Assembly (NCBI GenBank): GCA_038866255.1
Contig: JAWBZL010000002.1
Span: 7,744 to 71,743, forward strand
Length of the DNA: 64,000 nt
Direction of reading: 5' to 3'
Source: Archaeoglobaceae archaeon
GTDB taxonomy: Archaea > Halobacteriota > Archaeoglobi > Archaeoglobales > Archaeoglobaceae
Each line of letters opens with the position of its first letter. The first letter of the stretch is position 1. The notes beneath the pieces are model-generated. The model worked only from the letters and a program-made list of their open reading frames with translations, was not told the DNA's origin and did no database searches. Position numbers and translations under genes: made by a program. Below, in pieces: positions 24,119 through 34,048 of this stretch.

Positions 24119-24596
24119 CTACGGCCTTTATATAGTTGCATCAGTGAAAGAAGGGAAGTTTTCAGCACAAATAGCGAATACTGTGTTTCAAGTAACTTCG
24201 GAACCACCAAAGGTTGCAGTTTGTCTTAACAAGAAGAACACAACTCACGACTTCGTTAAGACCTCAAGAGTTTTTTCTGTCAGCGTCCTCGAAAAGGAAA
24301 CCCCAATGCAGTTCATAGGGAGGTTTGGTTTTAGGAACAGCAGAGACTTCAACAAGTTTGAGGGTGTGAACTTCAAAATTGGAAAAACTGGAGCACCGAT
24401 TGTTCTTAGTCACGCGGTTGCGGTTTTGGAAGCTGAAGTTGAGAAAGATTGCGACGTTGGAACGCACACAATTTTCGTTGGCAAAGTTGTGGATGCGGAG
24501 ATTATCAGCAATGCAGAAGTCATGACCTACGATTACTATCACTACGTTAAAAAAGGAAAAGCTCCGAAGACTGCAACTGTCTACTTAGAAAAATGA
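24090..24596 (+). CDS. Flavin reductase-like FMN-binding domain protein
   Basis: MNPEALFKISYGLYIVAS..., SRDFNKFEG, THTIFVGKVV: Flavin_Reduct family. ATG 24090 preferred over track start 24048; overlaps the ferritin 3' end by 29 nt. Confidence 0.8.
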   Translation: MNPEALFKISYGLYIVASVKEGKFSAQIANTVFQVTSEPPKVAVCLNKKNTTHDFVKTSRVFSVSVLEKETPMQFIGRFGFRNSRDFNKFEGVNFKIGKTGAPIVLSHAVAVLEAEVEKDCDVGTHTIFVGKVVDAEIISNAEVMTYDYYHYVKKGKAPKTATVYLEK

Positions 24597-24682
24597 CGGC
24601 TGAGGAACAAAAAACGAGTCTCTCTCTTTTGCGAGTTCTGTGGCGTAGCTTTCAAGATCTTTATCTTTTTTCAACAAATCTC

Positions 24683-24883
24683 TTACTCTTGAAACTTTTC
24701 CCGCTTTTGAGTGAGGAAGCAATCTCTCAAAGTGATCTTTGCAATTGCAATTTCTGAAAAGAGTGCTGGCAAAAGATCGTTAAAGAGTTCTTCATCGAAT
24801 TCAGCCTCGATCTCGATGATCTCGCCAATTCTGTATTTCCCCAAGAGCACCCCAGAACCTTCAGCAAGAACTTCCACATTCAT
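24683..24883 (-). CDS. Small hypothetical protein, possibly translationally coupled to the PAS/GAF sensor
   Basis: 66-aa ORF whose ATG overlaps the upstream stop (ATGA); no recognisable domain. Confidence 0.3.
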   Translation of the reverse strand: MNVEVLAEGSGVLLGKYRIGEIIEIEAEFDEELFNDLLPALFSEIAIAKITLRDCFLTQKREKFQE

Positions 24884-26106
24884 CTCTTCGTAAGCAGGAA
24901 AGTTAAAACTTCCTGAAATCGAAGTTCTTCGATTGTCTCCAGAAGTCTTTTTAACTGTTTTTCAACTTCTTCAATCGTTTTCTCGCAGCCAATCTCGTTT
25001 GATACTTCTATGTATCCGAGTGCTATTGCAAGTGGATTCCTTAGTTTGTCCGCGAGGTTCTCAAACTGTTTCAGGTTATCCATCAAAAGACTGGACATAA
25101 TTTTCCTCTGTCTTTCTGCTGTGTAATATGTGAAGGCAAAACCGAGATCTTCACTTAGCTGAGAGAAGACCTTTTTTTCGTTCTCTTTTAGCTCACCAAC
25201 GGAGCAAAGAGCAAGAAGGCCAAGCTTTTTGCCCCCATAAACTATTGGAATAATCAGAGATTTTCCCTTTGCCTTCTGACACTTACACTCTCCATATCTA
25301 ATTTCAGTGTTCCCTTTAACAGAACATTCCGAAGCTCCTGGAACGGCTTCAACAAGTTTTTCCCCTTCATAAAGCCACGCATAAGCGGTGATACCAAAAT
25401 TCTTTAGAATTCTGCAAGTTCTGTGGAGCAAAGCATATTCATCTTTTTCTCTAAAAATCTGCTGATTTATCTGCGTAAGAATCTGCAGAGCTCTATTTGT
25501 TTTCTCCAGTTCTTCTTCAATTAGAATTCTCTGTGTGATGTCCCTTGCAACACCTTCGCTGCCAATTATTTTTCCATTTACAAATCTTGGCCATTCTATA
25601 ACCTCAAGATACCTTGCTTCTCCTTTTGCTGTTCTTACTTTGAAAACGAATCTAACAGTTTCCCCCTCCATAATTTTTTTAAAGTTCTCTCTGAGAATTT
25701 CTATCTGATCTTCGAATGCAAATACTCTCGAGTTTTTTCCCAAAAGTTCTTCCCTTTTATAACCCATGATCTCGTAAGTGGGGTTCACATCGAGAAACCT
25801 CCCTTTTTCGTCGAGTATGAAGAAGAAGTCTCTTCCCTCCCTGAAAAATCTTTCATAAACGTGCAGGATTTCTATATTCCGCTGCTCTTCCGTGTATTCG
25901 ATTGCAATAACCACTTTAAATTCGCCAATCTGTGTTGAAAGAATTTTGAAGATTCTCTGATGGTAAAAAAATTTATCCTCATCCGGCAATTTTTGGTGTA
26001 ATCCGAGCTCTTTTGCTTTCTTATTTGCAAAAACCACCGAATCTTTTTCAATCACTATCAGTGCTATGGGTAAATCATCGAGCAATTGGTGAAGCCACAT
26101 CATCAC
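24880..26106 (-). CDS. PAS-PAS-GAF signalling protein with a degenerate HisKA-like helix (no phospho-His, no HATPase domain)
   Basis: PAS: FFFILDEKGRFLDVNPTYEIMGYKREELLGKN...GVARDITQR. GAF-like: SLIIPIVYGGKKLGLLAL. DHp-like: FENLADKLRNPLAIALGYIE, where the usual SHELRxPL His is Asp. The protein ends ~45 aa later. Confidence 0.75.
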   Translation of the reverse strand: MMMWLHQLLDDLPIALIVIEKDSVVFANKKAKELGLHQKLPDEDKFFYHQRIFKILSTQIGEFKVVIAIEYTEEQRNIEILHVYERFFREGRDFFFILDEKGRFLDVNPTYEIMGYKREELLGKNSRVFAFEDQIEILRENFKKIMEGETVRFVFKVRTAKGEARYLEVIEWPRFVNGKIIGSEGVARDITQRILIEEELEKTNRALQILTQINQQIFREKDEYALLHRTCRILKNFGITAYAWLYEGEKLVEAVPGASECSVKGNTEIRYGECKCQKAKGKSLIIPIVYGGKKLGLLALCSVGELKENEKKVFSQLSEDLGFAFTYYTAERQRKIMSSLLMDNLKQFENLADKLRNPLAIALGYIEVSNEIGCEKTIEEVEKQLKRLLETIEELRFQEVLTFLLTKR

Positions 26107-26213
26107 AAAATTTTTAACGTCCTACTATTTATACTTTTCATTATAAAGCCCCTTATAAGAAAGATAGAATTCTACACATTCAAAAATATTTTGGTTTTCA
26201 AGTCTTTCAATAA

Positions 26214-26230
26214 CCGAAAGTTTTAAAATT
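26214..26230 (+). promoter_or_regulatory. BRE/TATA promoter of the SUI1-cbiB unit
   Basis: CCGAAAG-TTTTAAAATT about 40 nt upstream of ATG 26265; AGGAGGT SD at 26254-26260. Confidence 0.5.
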
Positions 26231-26264
26231 CTACTCCGTCAACTATTAAAAAAAGGAGGTAAGA

Positions 26265-26570
26265 ATGTCGGAGATTTGCTCGAAATGCGGACTACCAAAA
26301 GATTTGTGTGTCTGCGAAGAAGTGGCAAAAGAACAGCAATTCATCTCCATAAAGATTGGAAAAAGAAGATACGGCAAAGAAGTGACAATTATTGAGGGGC
26401 TGGATAGGAATGAGATAAATCTCGAAGAACTTGCAAAGTTTTTAAAATCCAAGCTTGCATGTGGTGGGACAATAAAAAATGGTGTCATAGAGTTACAGGG
26501 AAATCATGTGAACAAAGTTAAAGAGCTGCTTGTGAAAAAGGGTTTCAATCCGAGCAGAATAAAAAGCTGA
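26265..26570 (+). CDS. Translation initiation factor aSUI1 (eIF1 homolog)
   Basis: 101 aa; N-terminal Cys knuckle [13 protein letters not shown] plus SUI1 domain ([14 protein letters not shown]...KLACGGT). Confidence 0.9.
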   Translation: MSEICSKCGLPKDLCVCEEVAKEQQFISIKIGKRRYGKEVTIIEGLDRNEINLEELAKFLKSKLACGGTIKNGVIELQGNHVNKVKELLVKKGFNPSRIKS

Positions 26571-27451
26571 TGCAATTCTTAGAAATACTGCTTCTTTTCT
26601 TTGCAGTTATACTTGATTTTCTCATCGCAGAACCTCCTCTTTTTTTGCACCCCGTCGTATGGTTTGGTAAAATTGCTAAAGCCTTCGAGAAGGCATTTGC
26701 AGCTCTTGAAAAGTATGGTTCTCTAATCCAATTTTTCCTTGGGACTGTTGCAACACTTTTTGCAGTTCTTTTAGCTCTCATGCTTGCTATTCTACCCCTT
26801 CCACAACCTTTGCAATTTCTATGGGAGGCCTATCTTCTTCTCTCTTCAATTTCGATAAAGAGCATGCTTCAGCATGTGAGTAAATGCACTGAATCAAATT
26901 TTAATCCGAAAGAAGTGCAGAAAATTGTGAGCAGAGATACTTCAAAACTGAACTACTCGCAACTAAGATCAGCAGTAATCGAGTCAACAGCGGAGAACTA
27001 TGTTGACGGCGTTTTTGCCCCCCTTTTTTATTTCTCAATTTTCGGAGTTGCAGGGGCGATTGTTTATCGTGCAATTAATACGATGGACTCGATGATTGGC
27101 TATCGGGGAAGATACGAGTATTTTGGCAAGTTCTCGGCGAGACTTGATGATGTTGCAAACTACATTCCAGCAAGAATTTCTCTCCTCTTTTTTGAAATCT
27201 TCAAGCTTGGGAGCGTAGCTTATGGGTTGAAGAACAAAGTGAAACTAAATGGATGCACGATTGCGGCAATGTCCTATGTTTTGGGTGTAAAGCTCGAAAA
27301 ACCTGGTTTTTATACGCTTCCTGGCAGAGAAGCGGAAGATTCAGATGTAGTTGCAGCCTTAAGAATTTTTAAAATCTTAAGCCTAATGGCCGTTGTTTTC
27401 TCTCTCCTTCTCCTAATCATTCGAACATTCATTATGAATTTACTCAGCTAA
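26570..27451 (+). CDS. cbiB: Adenosylcobinamide-phosphate synthase CbiB/CobD (membrane protein)
   Basis: 293 aa; hydrophobic; LHPVVWFGK and NTMDSMIGYR motifs; ATG shares 1 nt with the SUI1 stop. Confidence 0.85.
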   Translation: MQFLEILLLFFAVILDFLIAEPPLFLHPVVWFGKIAKAFEKAFAALEKYGSLIQFFLGTVATLFAVLLALMLAILPLPQPLQFLWEAYLLLSSISIKSMLQHVSKCTESNFNPKEVQKIVSRDTSKLNYSQLRSAVIESTAENYVDGVFAPLFYFSIFGVAGAIVYRAINTMDSMIGYRGRYEYFGKFSARLDDVANYIPARISLLFFEIFKLGSVAYGLKNKVKLNGCTIAAMSYVLGVKLEKPGFYTLPGREAEDSDVVAALRIFKILSLMAVVFSLLLLIIRTFIMNLLS

Positions 27452-27480
27452 AGATCGGACAAAAATTCATATTCATAAAG

Positions 27481-27675
27481 ATGACTCCACTTATGCCAAA
27501 AAGGGCAGTCGTGGATAGAAGAAAGTGCGCTTACTGTGGAGCGTGTGTTGCGGTGTGTAACCTTTATGCCAATGAATTGGTTGAAACATATCTTGAGATT
27601 TACAGCAACTGCAATGGCTGTGGTATTTGTGTTAAGGTCTGCCCAATGGGAGCGCTTAGCATCGTGGAGGTGTAG
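27481..27675 (+). CDS. Small 2x[4Fe-4S] ferredoxin
   Basis: 64 aa; [11 protein letters not shown] and [12 protein letters not shown] cluster motifs; abuts the geranylgeranyl reductase start. Confidence 0.85.
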   Translation: MTPLMPKRAVVDRRKCAYCGACVAVCNLYANELVETYLEIYSNCNGCGICVKVCPMGALSIVEV

Positions 27676-28847
27676 TGATGTTTGACGTGGTTGTTGTTGG
27701 CGCGGGTCCTGCGGGGAGCATGGCGGCAAAAACATGCGCTGAGAAGGGTTTAAAAGTTCTTTTGATTGAAAAAAGACAGGAAATTGGCACTCCTGTAAGA
27801 TGTGCAGAGGGAATAAGCAAAGAAGCTTTGCAAAGATTTGTTAACGTTGAAAAAAAGTTTATCGCTGCAGAGGTTATTGGAGCAAAAATCTATGCCCCTG
27901 ATGGAACAGAAGTTGTTATGGCTGAAGAAATGGCAGGAAATGAAGTTGGTTTCGTCCTTGAAAGGAAAATATTTGATCGCCACCTTGCAAGACTTGCAGC
28001 CAAAGCGGGGGCGGAAGTTCTTGTTAAGACAAGTTTCATCGATTTTAAAAGAAAAGATGGTATTCTCGGAGTTAGAATGAAAAGATTGGGTGAAGACTGG
28101 GAAGTGGAGACAAAAATCCTGATTGGTGCAGATGGAGTTGAAAGTAGAGTTGGAAGAATGGCTGGAATAATAAAAACACTGAAAATGAGTGAAATAGAAA
28201 GCTGTGCGCAGTATCTCATGTCTAAACTTGAAATTGATGAGAATTACACGTATTTCTATCTCGGAAACGAGCTTGCTCCGGGAGGTTATGCATGGATTTT
28301 TCCCAAGGGTAACGGAAGTGCGAACGTGGGCATAGGCGTTTTGCCATCTCTTGCAAAGGGAAATGCAAGGCAATATCTTGATAAATTTATAGAAAAATAT
28401 AAAATTAATGGTAAAATAGTTGAATTTGTAGCCGGTGCTGTGCCTGTATATGGAGAAATCAAAACCGCGGTTTCGGACAACGTAATGCTTGCTGGTGATG
28501 CAGCTTATCACTCCGATCCAATTACTGGTGGAGGGATTGCGAATGCTTTAAGCGCTGGATATCATGCAGCGATTACTGCATTCGAAGCTGTAAAAAGAAA
28601 TGATTTCTCAGCGAACTTCCTCAAAAGATACGATGAGCTCTGGAAAGCTGACTTTGGATGGAAATTGAGAAGGAATAAAAAGCTTCAGGAATTCTTCCTG
28701 AAACTCGACGATTCTACGCTCAGCAGTCTTGCGAGAAGCATTGCGGGTAGAAATATAAAAGAGATGAGCGTTCAGGCAATAGTTTCGGAACTCGTTAGGA
28801 GCAATCCATCCATTATCGGGGCAATAAGAGAAGTTTTCGAGTTATGA
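27675..28847 (+). CDS. Geranylgeranyl reductase family flavoprotein (digeranylgeranylglycerophospholipid reductase-like)
   Basis: 390 aa; [14 protein letters not shown] motif, RCAEGIS, GDAA; GGR family. Confidence 0.85.
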   Translation: MMFDVVVVGAGPAGSMAAKTCAEKGLKVLLIEKRQEIGTPVRCAEGISKEALQRFVNVEKKFIAAEVIGAKIYAPDGTEVVMAEEMAGNEVGFVLERKIFDRHLARLAAKAGAEVLVKTSFIDFKRKDGILGVRMKRLGEDWEVETKILIGADGVESRVGRMAGIIKTLKMSEIESCAQYLMSKLEIDENYTYFYLGNELAPGGYAWIFPKGNGSANVGIGVLPSLAKGNARQYLDKFIEKYKINGKIVEFVAGAVPVYGEIKTAVSDNVMLAGDAAYHSDPITGGGIANALSAGYHAAITAFEAVKRNDFSANFLKRYDELWKADFGWKLRRNKKLQEFFLKLDDSTLSSLARSIAGRNIKEMSVQAIVSELVRSNPSIIGAIREVFEL

Positions 28848-28887
28848 AGGTTGAAGACAAAAAAGTTTTAACAGAAATTTCGAAAAA

Positions 28888-31230
28888 TTAATCGACTTTC
28901 TTTGAGTAAACAAAACCTCTTTGCACTCCTTTTTTGCTAATCAAAACTCCAGAAGAGCTCCTTCTCTGAATAGGGATTTCTTTAACGTCAATTCTAATAC
29001 AGTAACCATCGGAGCTAACAGCAAAAAGATCACCATCTTTGCAAAGCGCTGCAAAAACAACCCCCCCAGTTTTTTTGGTAACTCCATACCCCCTTACACC
29101 CATCGCACATCTTCGCATTGCCCGAAATTCTGAAATATCACATCTCTTTCCATATCCTTTTTCAGTAAGAATTAGTAAATCTCCATCGTTCCCTGAAACT
29201 GCGCATACAATTTTATCGTTATCTTTAAGGCGAATTGCCTTAACACCCCTTGCAGTTCTCGAGTAAACTGGAATGTCTTCAGATTTAAGGCGAAGAATTT
29301 GGCCTTCTTTTGTAACCAGAAAAACGTCTTCTCCTCTTAAAATGGATGCAAACGCTATTTTCTCGTTTGAGGCAATTATCCCTGCTCTTTTAGCATTCTC
29401 AAATTCTCCGAGAAAAACTCTTTTTATGTGCCCACTCTCTGTAAGAATTAAAGCGTAACCATCAAAAGATTTTAAGCTCATTGCGGCAACCACTTTCTCA
29501 TCTTCAAGCCTTATAAATTTCTTAAGTGAAACTCCGTTCGCAGTTCTTTCGAGTTTCGGAACTTCTTCACTTCTAAGCCAGAAAGCCTTGCCTGAATCTG
29601 TAAAAATCAATAGCTTTTCATCCGATCTGCAGATGTCAAAGGTTACAATCTCATCTCCTTCATCAATCTGAACAGCTATAACCCCCACTCCCCCCCTTTC
29701 CTGTTTCTTGAAGCTCTCTATGGATATTCTCTTCGCAACTCCATTTGCAGTGATGGCGATAATGCTCTCCTCAGCCTCAAAAAATTCTTCACTTTGCAAA
29801 AGAATTCTTGTCCTTCTTTTATCTCCATATTTCTCCTTTATCTCACTGATCTCTTTAACAAGAATTTCATCGATTCTCCTCGGATCTGCAAGAATTGCCT
29901 CCATTTCCGCCACAGCTTTAAGCAAATTCGAGTGCTCTTCAATTAAAGCCTGAATTTCCAAACCAGTAAGCTTTTGGAGCCTCATCTGCAGAACAGCTTC
30001 AGCCTGTTTCTCTGAAAGATTGTATTTCTCAATTAGCATCCTTTTTGCTTCTGAGGGAGACTTGGAAGCTCTTATAATTTCAATTGCATTTTGAATGTCC
30101 TCAACAACCTTTTTTAATCCCTCGACAATATGAAGTCTTTCTTTGGCTTTTTCAAGCTCATAAACTATTTTTCTTTTTGTAATCTCTCTTCTGTGATCCA
30201 AAAAGCTTTTTATGAGCTCTATGAGGTTCATAATCTTTGGCTCGTTTTTATCAAGAGCAAGCAATGTAATACCAAAAGTTGTTTCAAGATTCGTGTGTGT
30301 GAAAAGTTTTCTTAGAACTGCACTGGCAGATCCTTTTAGCTCAAGAACAACTCTTATCCCTTCTCTGTCAGATTCATCCCTTATGGACTTAACCTCCTCA
30401 AGTTTACCATCTTTAACGAGTTCTGCAATGCTCTCAACAAGTCGAGCCTTGTTAACCATGTATGGTATCTCCCTTATCACAATTCTACTGCCTTCAACCT
30501 CCACCGTTCCCCTAAGAACTATTTTTCCCCTCCCCGTTCTGTAAGCTTCACGTATGCCCTCAAAACCTACTATTTCACCACCTGTTGGAAAGTCTGGGCC
30601 TTTTATGAAGTTCATTATTTCCTCAAGTGTTGCTTCAGGATTTTTAATGCAGTAAATCAACGCATCGCAGACTTCGGAAAGGTTATGTGGAGGGATATTT
30701 GTTGCCATTCCAACTGCAATTCCACTTGAACCATTAATTAAAAGGTTTGGAATTTTTGCAGGGAGAACTGAAGGCTCTTGTAATGTGGAATCAAAGTTTG
30801 GCACGAAATCAACCGTATTTTTATCTATATCTGAAAGCATTTCTTCGGCAATCTTTGCAAGCTTCGCTTCAGTGTATCTCATCGCAGCTGGAGAATCTCC
30901 GTCTACACTTCCAAAGTTTCCTTGACCAATTATCAGCGGATAACGCATTGTAAAATCTTGTGCAAGCCTAACAAGTGCATCATAAACTGCTGCATCGCCA
31001 TGGGGATGATATTTACCCAAAACCTCCCCGACTATTCTCGCACACTTTCTGAATGGCTTATCACTCCTGAGCCCCATTTCGTGCATTGCGTAAAGAATTC
31101 TTCTCTGCACAGGTTTTAAACCATCCCTTACGTCGGGTAAAGCTCTTCCCACGATTACACTCATTGCGTAATCAATGTAAGAGCTCTTCAGTTCTTCTCC
31201 AATATCTCTGATTAGTTCCACAAAACACAT
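28888..31230 (-). CDS. gyrA: DNA gyrase subunit A
   Basis: 780 aa; [37 protein letters not shown] (active-site Tyr), GyrA-box-like QERGGVG, beta-pinwheel C-terminal repeats. Confidence 0.95.
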   Translation of the reverse strand: MCFVELIRDIGEELKSSYIDYAMSVIVGRALPDVRDGLKPVQRRILYAMHEMGLRSDKPFRKCARIVGEVLGKYHPHGDAAVYDALVRLAQDFTMRYPLIIGQGNFGSVDGDSPAAMRYTEAKLAKIAEEMLSDIDKNTVDFVPNFDSTLQEPSVLPAKIPNLLINGSSGIAVGMATNIPPHNLSEVCDALIYCIKNPEATLEEIMNFIKGPDFPTGGEIVGFEGIREAYRTGRGKIVLRGTVEVEGSRIVIREIPYMVNKARLVESIAELVKDGKLEEVKSIRDESDREGIRVVLELKGSASAVLRKLFTHTNLETTFGITLLALDKNEPKIMNLIELIKSFLDHRREITKRKIVYELEKAKERLHIVEGLKKVVEDIQNAIEIIRASKSPSEAKRMLIEKYNLSEKQAEAVLQMRLQKLTGLEIQALIEEHSNLLKAVAEMEAILADPRRIDEILVKEISEIKEKYGDKRRTRILLQSEEFFEAEESIIAITANGVAKRISIESFKKQERGGVGVIAVQIDEGDEIVTFDICRSDEKLLIFTDSGKAFWLRSEEVPKLERTANGVSLKKFIRLEDEKVVAAMSLKSFDGYALILTESGHIKRVFLGEFENAKRAGIIASNEKIAFASILRGEDVFLVTKEGQILRLKSEDIPVYSRTARGVKAIRLKDNDKIVCAVSGNDGDLLILTEKGYGKRCDISEFRAMRRCAMGVRGYGVTKKTGGVVFAALCKDGDLFAVSSDGYCIRIDVKEIPIQRRSSSGVLISKKGVQRGFVYSKKVD

Positions 31231-31268
31231 ATCCGAGAAGGATTTAAATCAGTTCTCCAACTCTATAC

Positions 31269-31724
31269 ATGGACGGAAGAATGGATAAAATTGTGAACGA
31301 ATTCGTGCAAAAAATACTCTCACCCTATCCATTACCACCCGCAATCGAGGTTGTGAACTACTTGCATGAGGCTGCTGAAAAAGTTGTTAAAGGCATTCTT
31401 TCATGCTATGCTGGCAAAGAGGTGAATTTTGACGATGCAATTGAAGATCTTATGCGTTATATGGCCACAGAGAGAAATTTCTCTCCAAGCGATAGCTTGA
31501 GAATTTTGGGAGATTTAAAAAAGAAAATCAATAGAGAAATGAAGCTAAATGAAAAGGAATTCCTGAAGCTATCTGAAATCATCGATGAAGTGCTTTATAA
31601 AGCCTTTGATGCTTATACAAAGTGTAGGGAGAAAATTTTCGAGTTGAGATTAAAGGAGAAGGATAGAGACATTGAGATTATGCGAAGGATTATAGAATTT
31701 TCAGAAAAGGGAGGGAATGAATAA
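31269..31724 (+). CDS. Hypothetical helical protein (no family recognised)
   Basis: 151-aa ORF divergent from gyrA; possible start also at ATG 31281 (MDKIVNEF). Confidence 0.55.
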   Translation: MDGRMDKIVNEFVQKILSPYPLPPAIEVVNYLHEAAEKVVKGILSCYAGKEVNFDDAIEDLMRYMATERNFSPSDSLRILGDLKKKINREMKLNEKEFLKLSEIIDEVLYKAFDAYTKCREKIFELRLKEKDRDIEIMRRIIEFSEKGGNE

Positions 31725-31753
31725 AAATTTAATCCCAGCGATCAATTCTGCTT

Positions 31754-32575
31754 ATGATCATAACAGACAACCACATGCACATTTACAGACACTTAAAGCT
31801 TAAAGCCTTGGAGCAGTTCAAATCCGCTGGAGGGACACATGTGCTCCTTGTTTCCTTGCTCAGCCATCACTACGATGTCCATCCAAAAACCGGAAGCGAT
31901 TTTAAAAAGGTTTTTGAAGAGCATTTGAACCTCGTAAGAAAGGCAAACAGAATTGTGAAAGCCTATGCAGTCCTTGGAGTTCATCCGGCAGAGATAACAA
32001 TTTTGGGCTCAAAAATGGGCTTTGAAAGAGCTGCAGAGATTATGAAAGAAGCAATTGAAATTGCAGGAGAATACGTAGCCAGAGGCGAGGCTGTGGCGAT
32101 CAAAAGCGGTAGACCGCACTACAGAGTTGACAGCTTTGTGTGGAAGCTAAGCAATGAAGTAATGAGACATGCTTTCAGTGTTGCAAAGGAGCTTGACTGC
32201 GCTGTGCAGATACATACAGAGAGCTTCACATTTGAGGGTATGAAAGAAATTGCAGAAATTGCGGATAAAGTTGGATTGAAGAGAGAAAAAGTTGTAAAAC
32301 ACTTTGCCCCACCAAAGATCAAGGAGTTTGAGGAAATTGGAATTTTTCCATCCGTTATAGCTGGAAACGATAACGTTTTGACTGCGATAAAGCAGGGGAC
32401 GAGATTTGTTGTTGAAACCGATTACATTGATGACCCAAAACACCCCGGAGCGGTTCTTGGTCCAAAAACTGTGCCAAAGAAAGTTAAAGAGTTGATCGAA
32501 AAAGATTTCAGTGAGGAGCTGATTCATAAAATCTGCGCAGAGAACATTGAAATGCTTTATGGTGTGGAGCTATGA
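31754..32575 (+). CDS. TatD-related metal-dependent hydrolase (archaeal COG1099-type)
   Basis: 273 aa; N-terminal DNHMH metal motif, internal QIHTE, C-terminal ETDY. Confidence 0.75.
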   Translation: MIITDNHMHIYRHLKLKALEQFKSAGGTHVLLVSLLSHHYDVHPKTGSDFKKVFEEHLNLVRKANRIVKAYAVLGVHPAEITILGSKMGFERAAEIMKEAIEIAGEYVARGEAVAIKSGRPHYRVDSFVWKLSNEVMRHAFSVAKELDCAVQIHTESFTFEGMKEIAEIADKVGLKREKVVKHFAPPKIKEFEEIGIFPSVIAGNDNVLTAIKQGTRFVVETDYIDDPKHPGAVLGPKTVPKKVKELIEKDFSEELIHKICAENIEMLYGVEL

Positions 32576-33486
32576 AGGGGAAAATCCTTGAGGATTTTGC
32601 TGTGCTCAATGCAACAACAGAGTTAGAAAGAGCAGGATTTGGCAGAAAAAAGGGAAATAAAATCTATCTTCACCCAGTTGAAGCTCTTTATTTGCAAATG
32701 AACGAAAAAATTAACTTTGGAGAGCTCAAAAATCTGATAGAGTGGGTTAAGAAGAAGGTTGAAAAATTTCCGGAGATTTACTTTGTTTATGAAGATCTAA
32801 GAAAAAGGGGGCGCAAACCAAGGATCGAGGGGGATTTTGTTTTTGCAAAAAAAATCTTCCTGCCATTTTCTGAAATGGACATCATAAGTTTTGAGAACAT
32901 AAAGGAAAATATTTCAAGATTTGGCGAGGTTGTGGTTGCAATAGTTGATGAGGAGAGCGAAGTAACATATTATGTAGCTCGTGAACTTGAGGCTGAGGGG
33001 GAGCAGGAGGAGAGTTTGCCAAAACTGCGAGGAACCCTTTTTAAAGATAGAGTCATAACTGAGAACATTGAGATTTTTCAAAAATATTTCTACGGCAGTG
33101 AAATTGGGCGATTTGTTGCCCTTTCTTTAATTGAGAGCATTTACCTGCTCGAAAAGGGTTTTTTAGAAGTTGAGAACGCTGATAAATTGGCAGAGGTTGT
33201 AAAGAGCATTGAAGGCTTTGAAGAAAAACTGAAAGTTTACAAAGACTTAAAAAATAGAAAGTTTGTTGTAAAAACTGGATTCAAGTTTGGTAGTGATTTT
33301 AGAGTTTACAGAAGAGTTGAATCCATTCAACAGCTTCCGCACTCCGAATTCTTGGTTTCGGTTGTAAAAGATAGCATAAAGGCCAAAGAACTTGCAAACA
33401 AAGTAAGACTTGCGAACAGTGTAAGAAAAAAACCTGTTCTCGTTTGGGATGGGAATTATTTCATTTTCGAGTGGATGAAGGTATGA
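32572..33486 (+). CDS. endA: tRNA-splicing endonuclease (two-repeat, ~300 aa homodimer type)
   Basis: 304 aa; catalytic C-terminal unit GFKFGSDFRVY...HSEFLV...LANSVRKKPVL; 4-nt overlap with the tatD-like gene. Confidence 0.85.
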   Translation: MKGKILEDFAVLNATTELERAGFGRKKGNKIYLHPVEALYLQMNEKINFGELKNLIEWVKKKVEKFPEIYFVYEDLRKRGRKPRIEGDFVFAKKIFLPFSEMDIISFENIKENISRFGEVVVAIVDEESEVTYYVARELEAEGEQEESLPKLRGTLFKDRVITENIEIFQKYFYGSEIGRFVALSLIESIYLLEKGFLEVENADKLAEVVKSIEGFEEKLKVYKDLKNRKFVVKTGFKFGSDFRVYRRVESIQQLPHSEFLVSVVKDSIKAKELANKVRLANSVRKKPVLVWDGNYFIFEWMKV

Positions 33487-34040
33487 GGATTGTTGTTGGC
33501 TCGAAAAATCCGACAAAAGTTGAGGGAACAAAGATTGCGTTCGGGCAGTTCTTTAAAAACGTAGAAGTAGAAAGCATTGAAATCAAGACAAAAGCCCAGC
33601 CTTTCGAGGAGGAGACAATAAAAGGCGCAATAGAGAGGGCAATAAAAAGTTACTCGAGTGATTTTGACTTTTCAGTAGGGATAGAGGCTGGTTTGATGAG
33701 AATTCCACAGACAATAAGTGGATACATGGATTTTCAGGTTGCAGTTGTTTACAATGGAGAGATCTTCACTCTTGGCTTTGGGCCTGGTTTTGAATATCCA
33801 CAGCAAGTTGTTGAAACTGCAAAGAAAGGCGTTGAAGTTGGAGAAATAATGGAAAAAATCTCAGGAATTAAGCAAATCGGCAAAAAAGTTGGTGCAGTTT
33901 ACTATTTGAGCAAGGGCGTAATATCAAGAACGGAACTTTCAAGAATTGCAGTAACAATGGCTTTACTACCTTGGATCAACAGCAATCTTTACGGGCTAAA
34001 GGTAAAAAGCAATCGCAATCCTAATATCTCGCTCGAATAG
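33483..34040 (+). CDS. Inosine/xanthosine triphosphatase-like NTPase (DUF84/YjjX family)
   Basis: MRIVVGSKNPTKVEG...SVGIEAG; ATG 33483 forms an ATGA overlap with the endA stop; the track start 33444 is inside endA. Confidence 0.75.
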   Translation: MRIVVGSKNPTKVEGTKIAFGQFFKNVEVESIEIKTKAQPFEEETIKGAIERAIKSYSSDFDFSVGIEAGLMRIPQTISGYMDFQVAVVYNGEIFTLGFGPGFEYPQQVVETAKKGVEVGEIMEKISGIKQIGKKVGAVYYLSKGVISRTELSRIAVTMALLPWINSNLYGLKVKSNRNPNISLE

Positions 34041-34048
34041 CAAGTTCT

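Noticed and set aside
27750-28511. 253-aa minus-strand ORF inside the geranylgeranyl reductase gene
   Set aside because: It lies entirely antisense to a strongly supported flavoprotein gene. The translation is low-complexity (F/N/S/C-rich) with no motifs.
28888-31230. gyrA without an adjacent gyrB as a sign of a rearranged or horizontally acquired fragment
   Set aside because: The gene is full length with all motifs. gyrA and gyrB are unlinked in several archaeal genomes as far as I recall, and no mobile-element signatures flank it.
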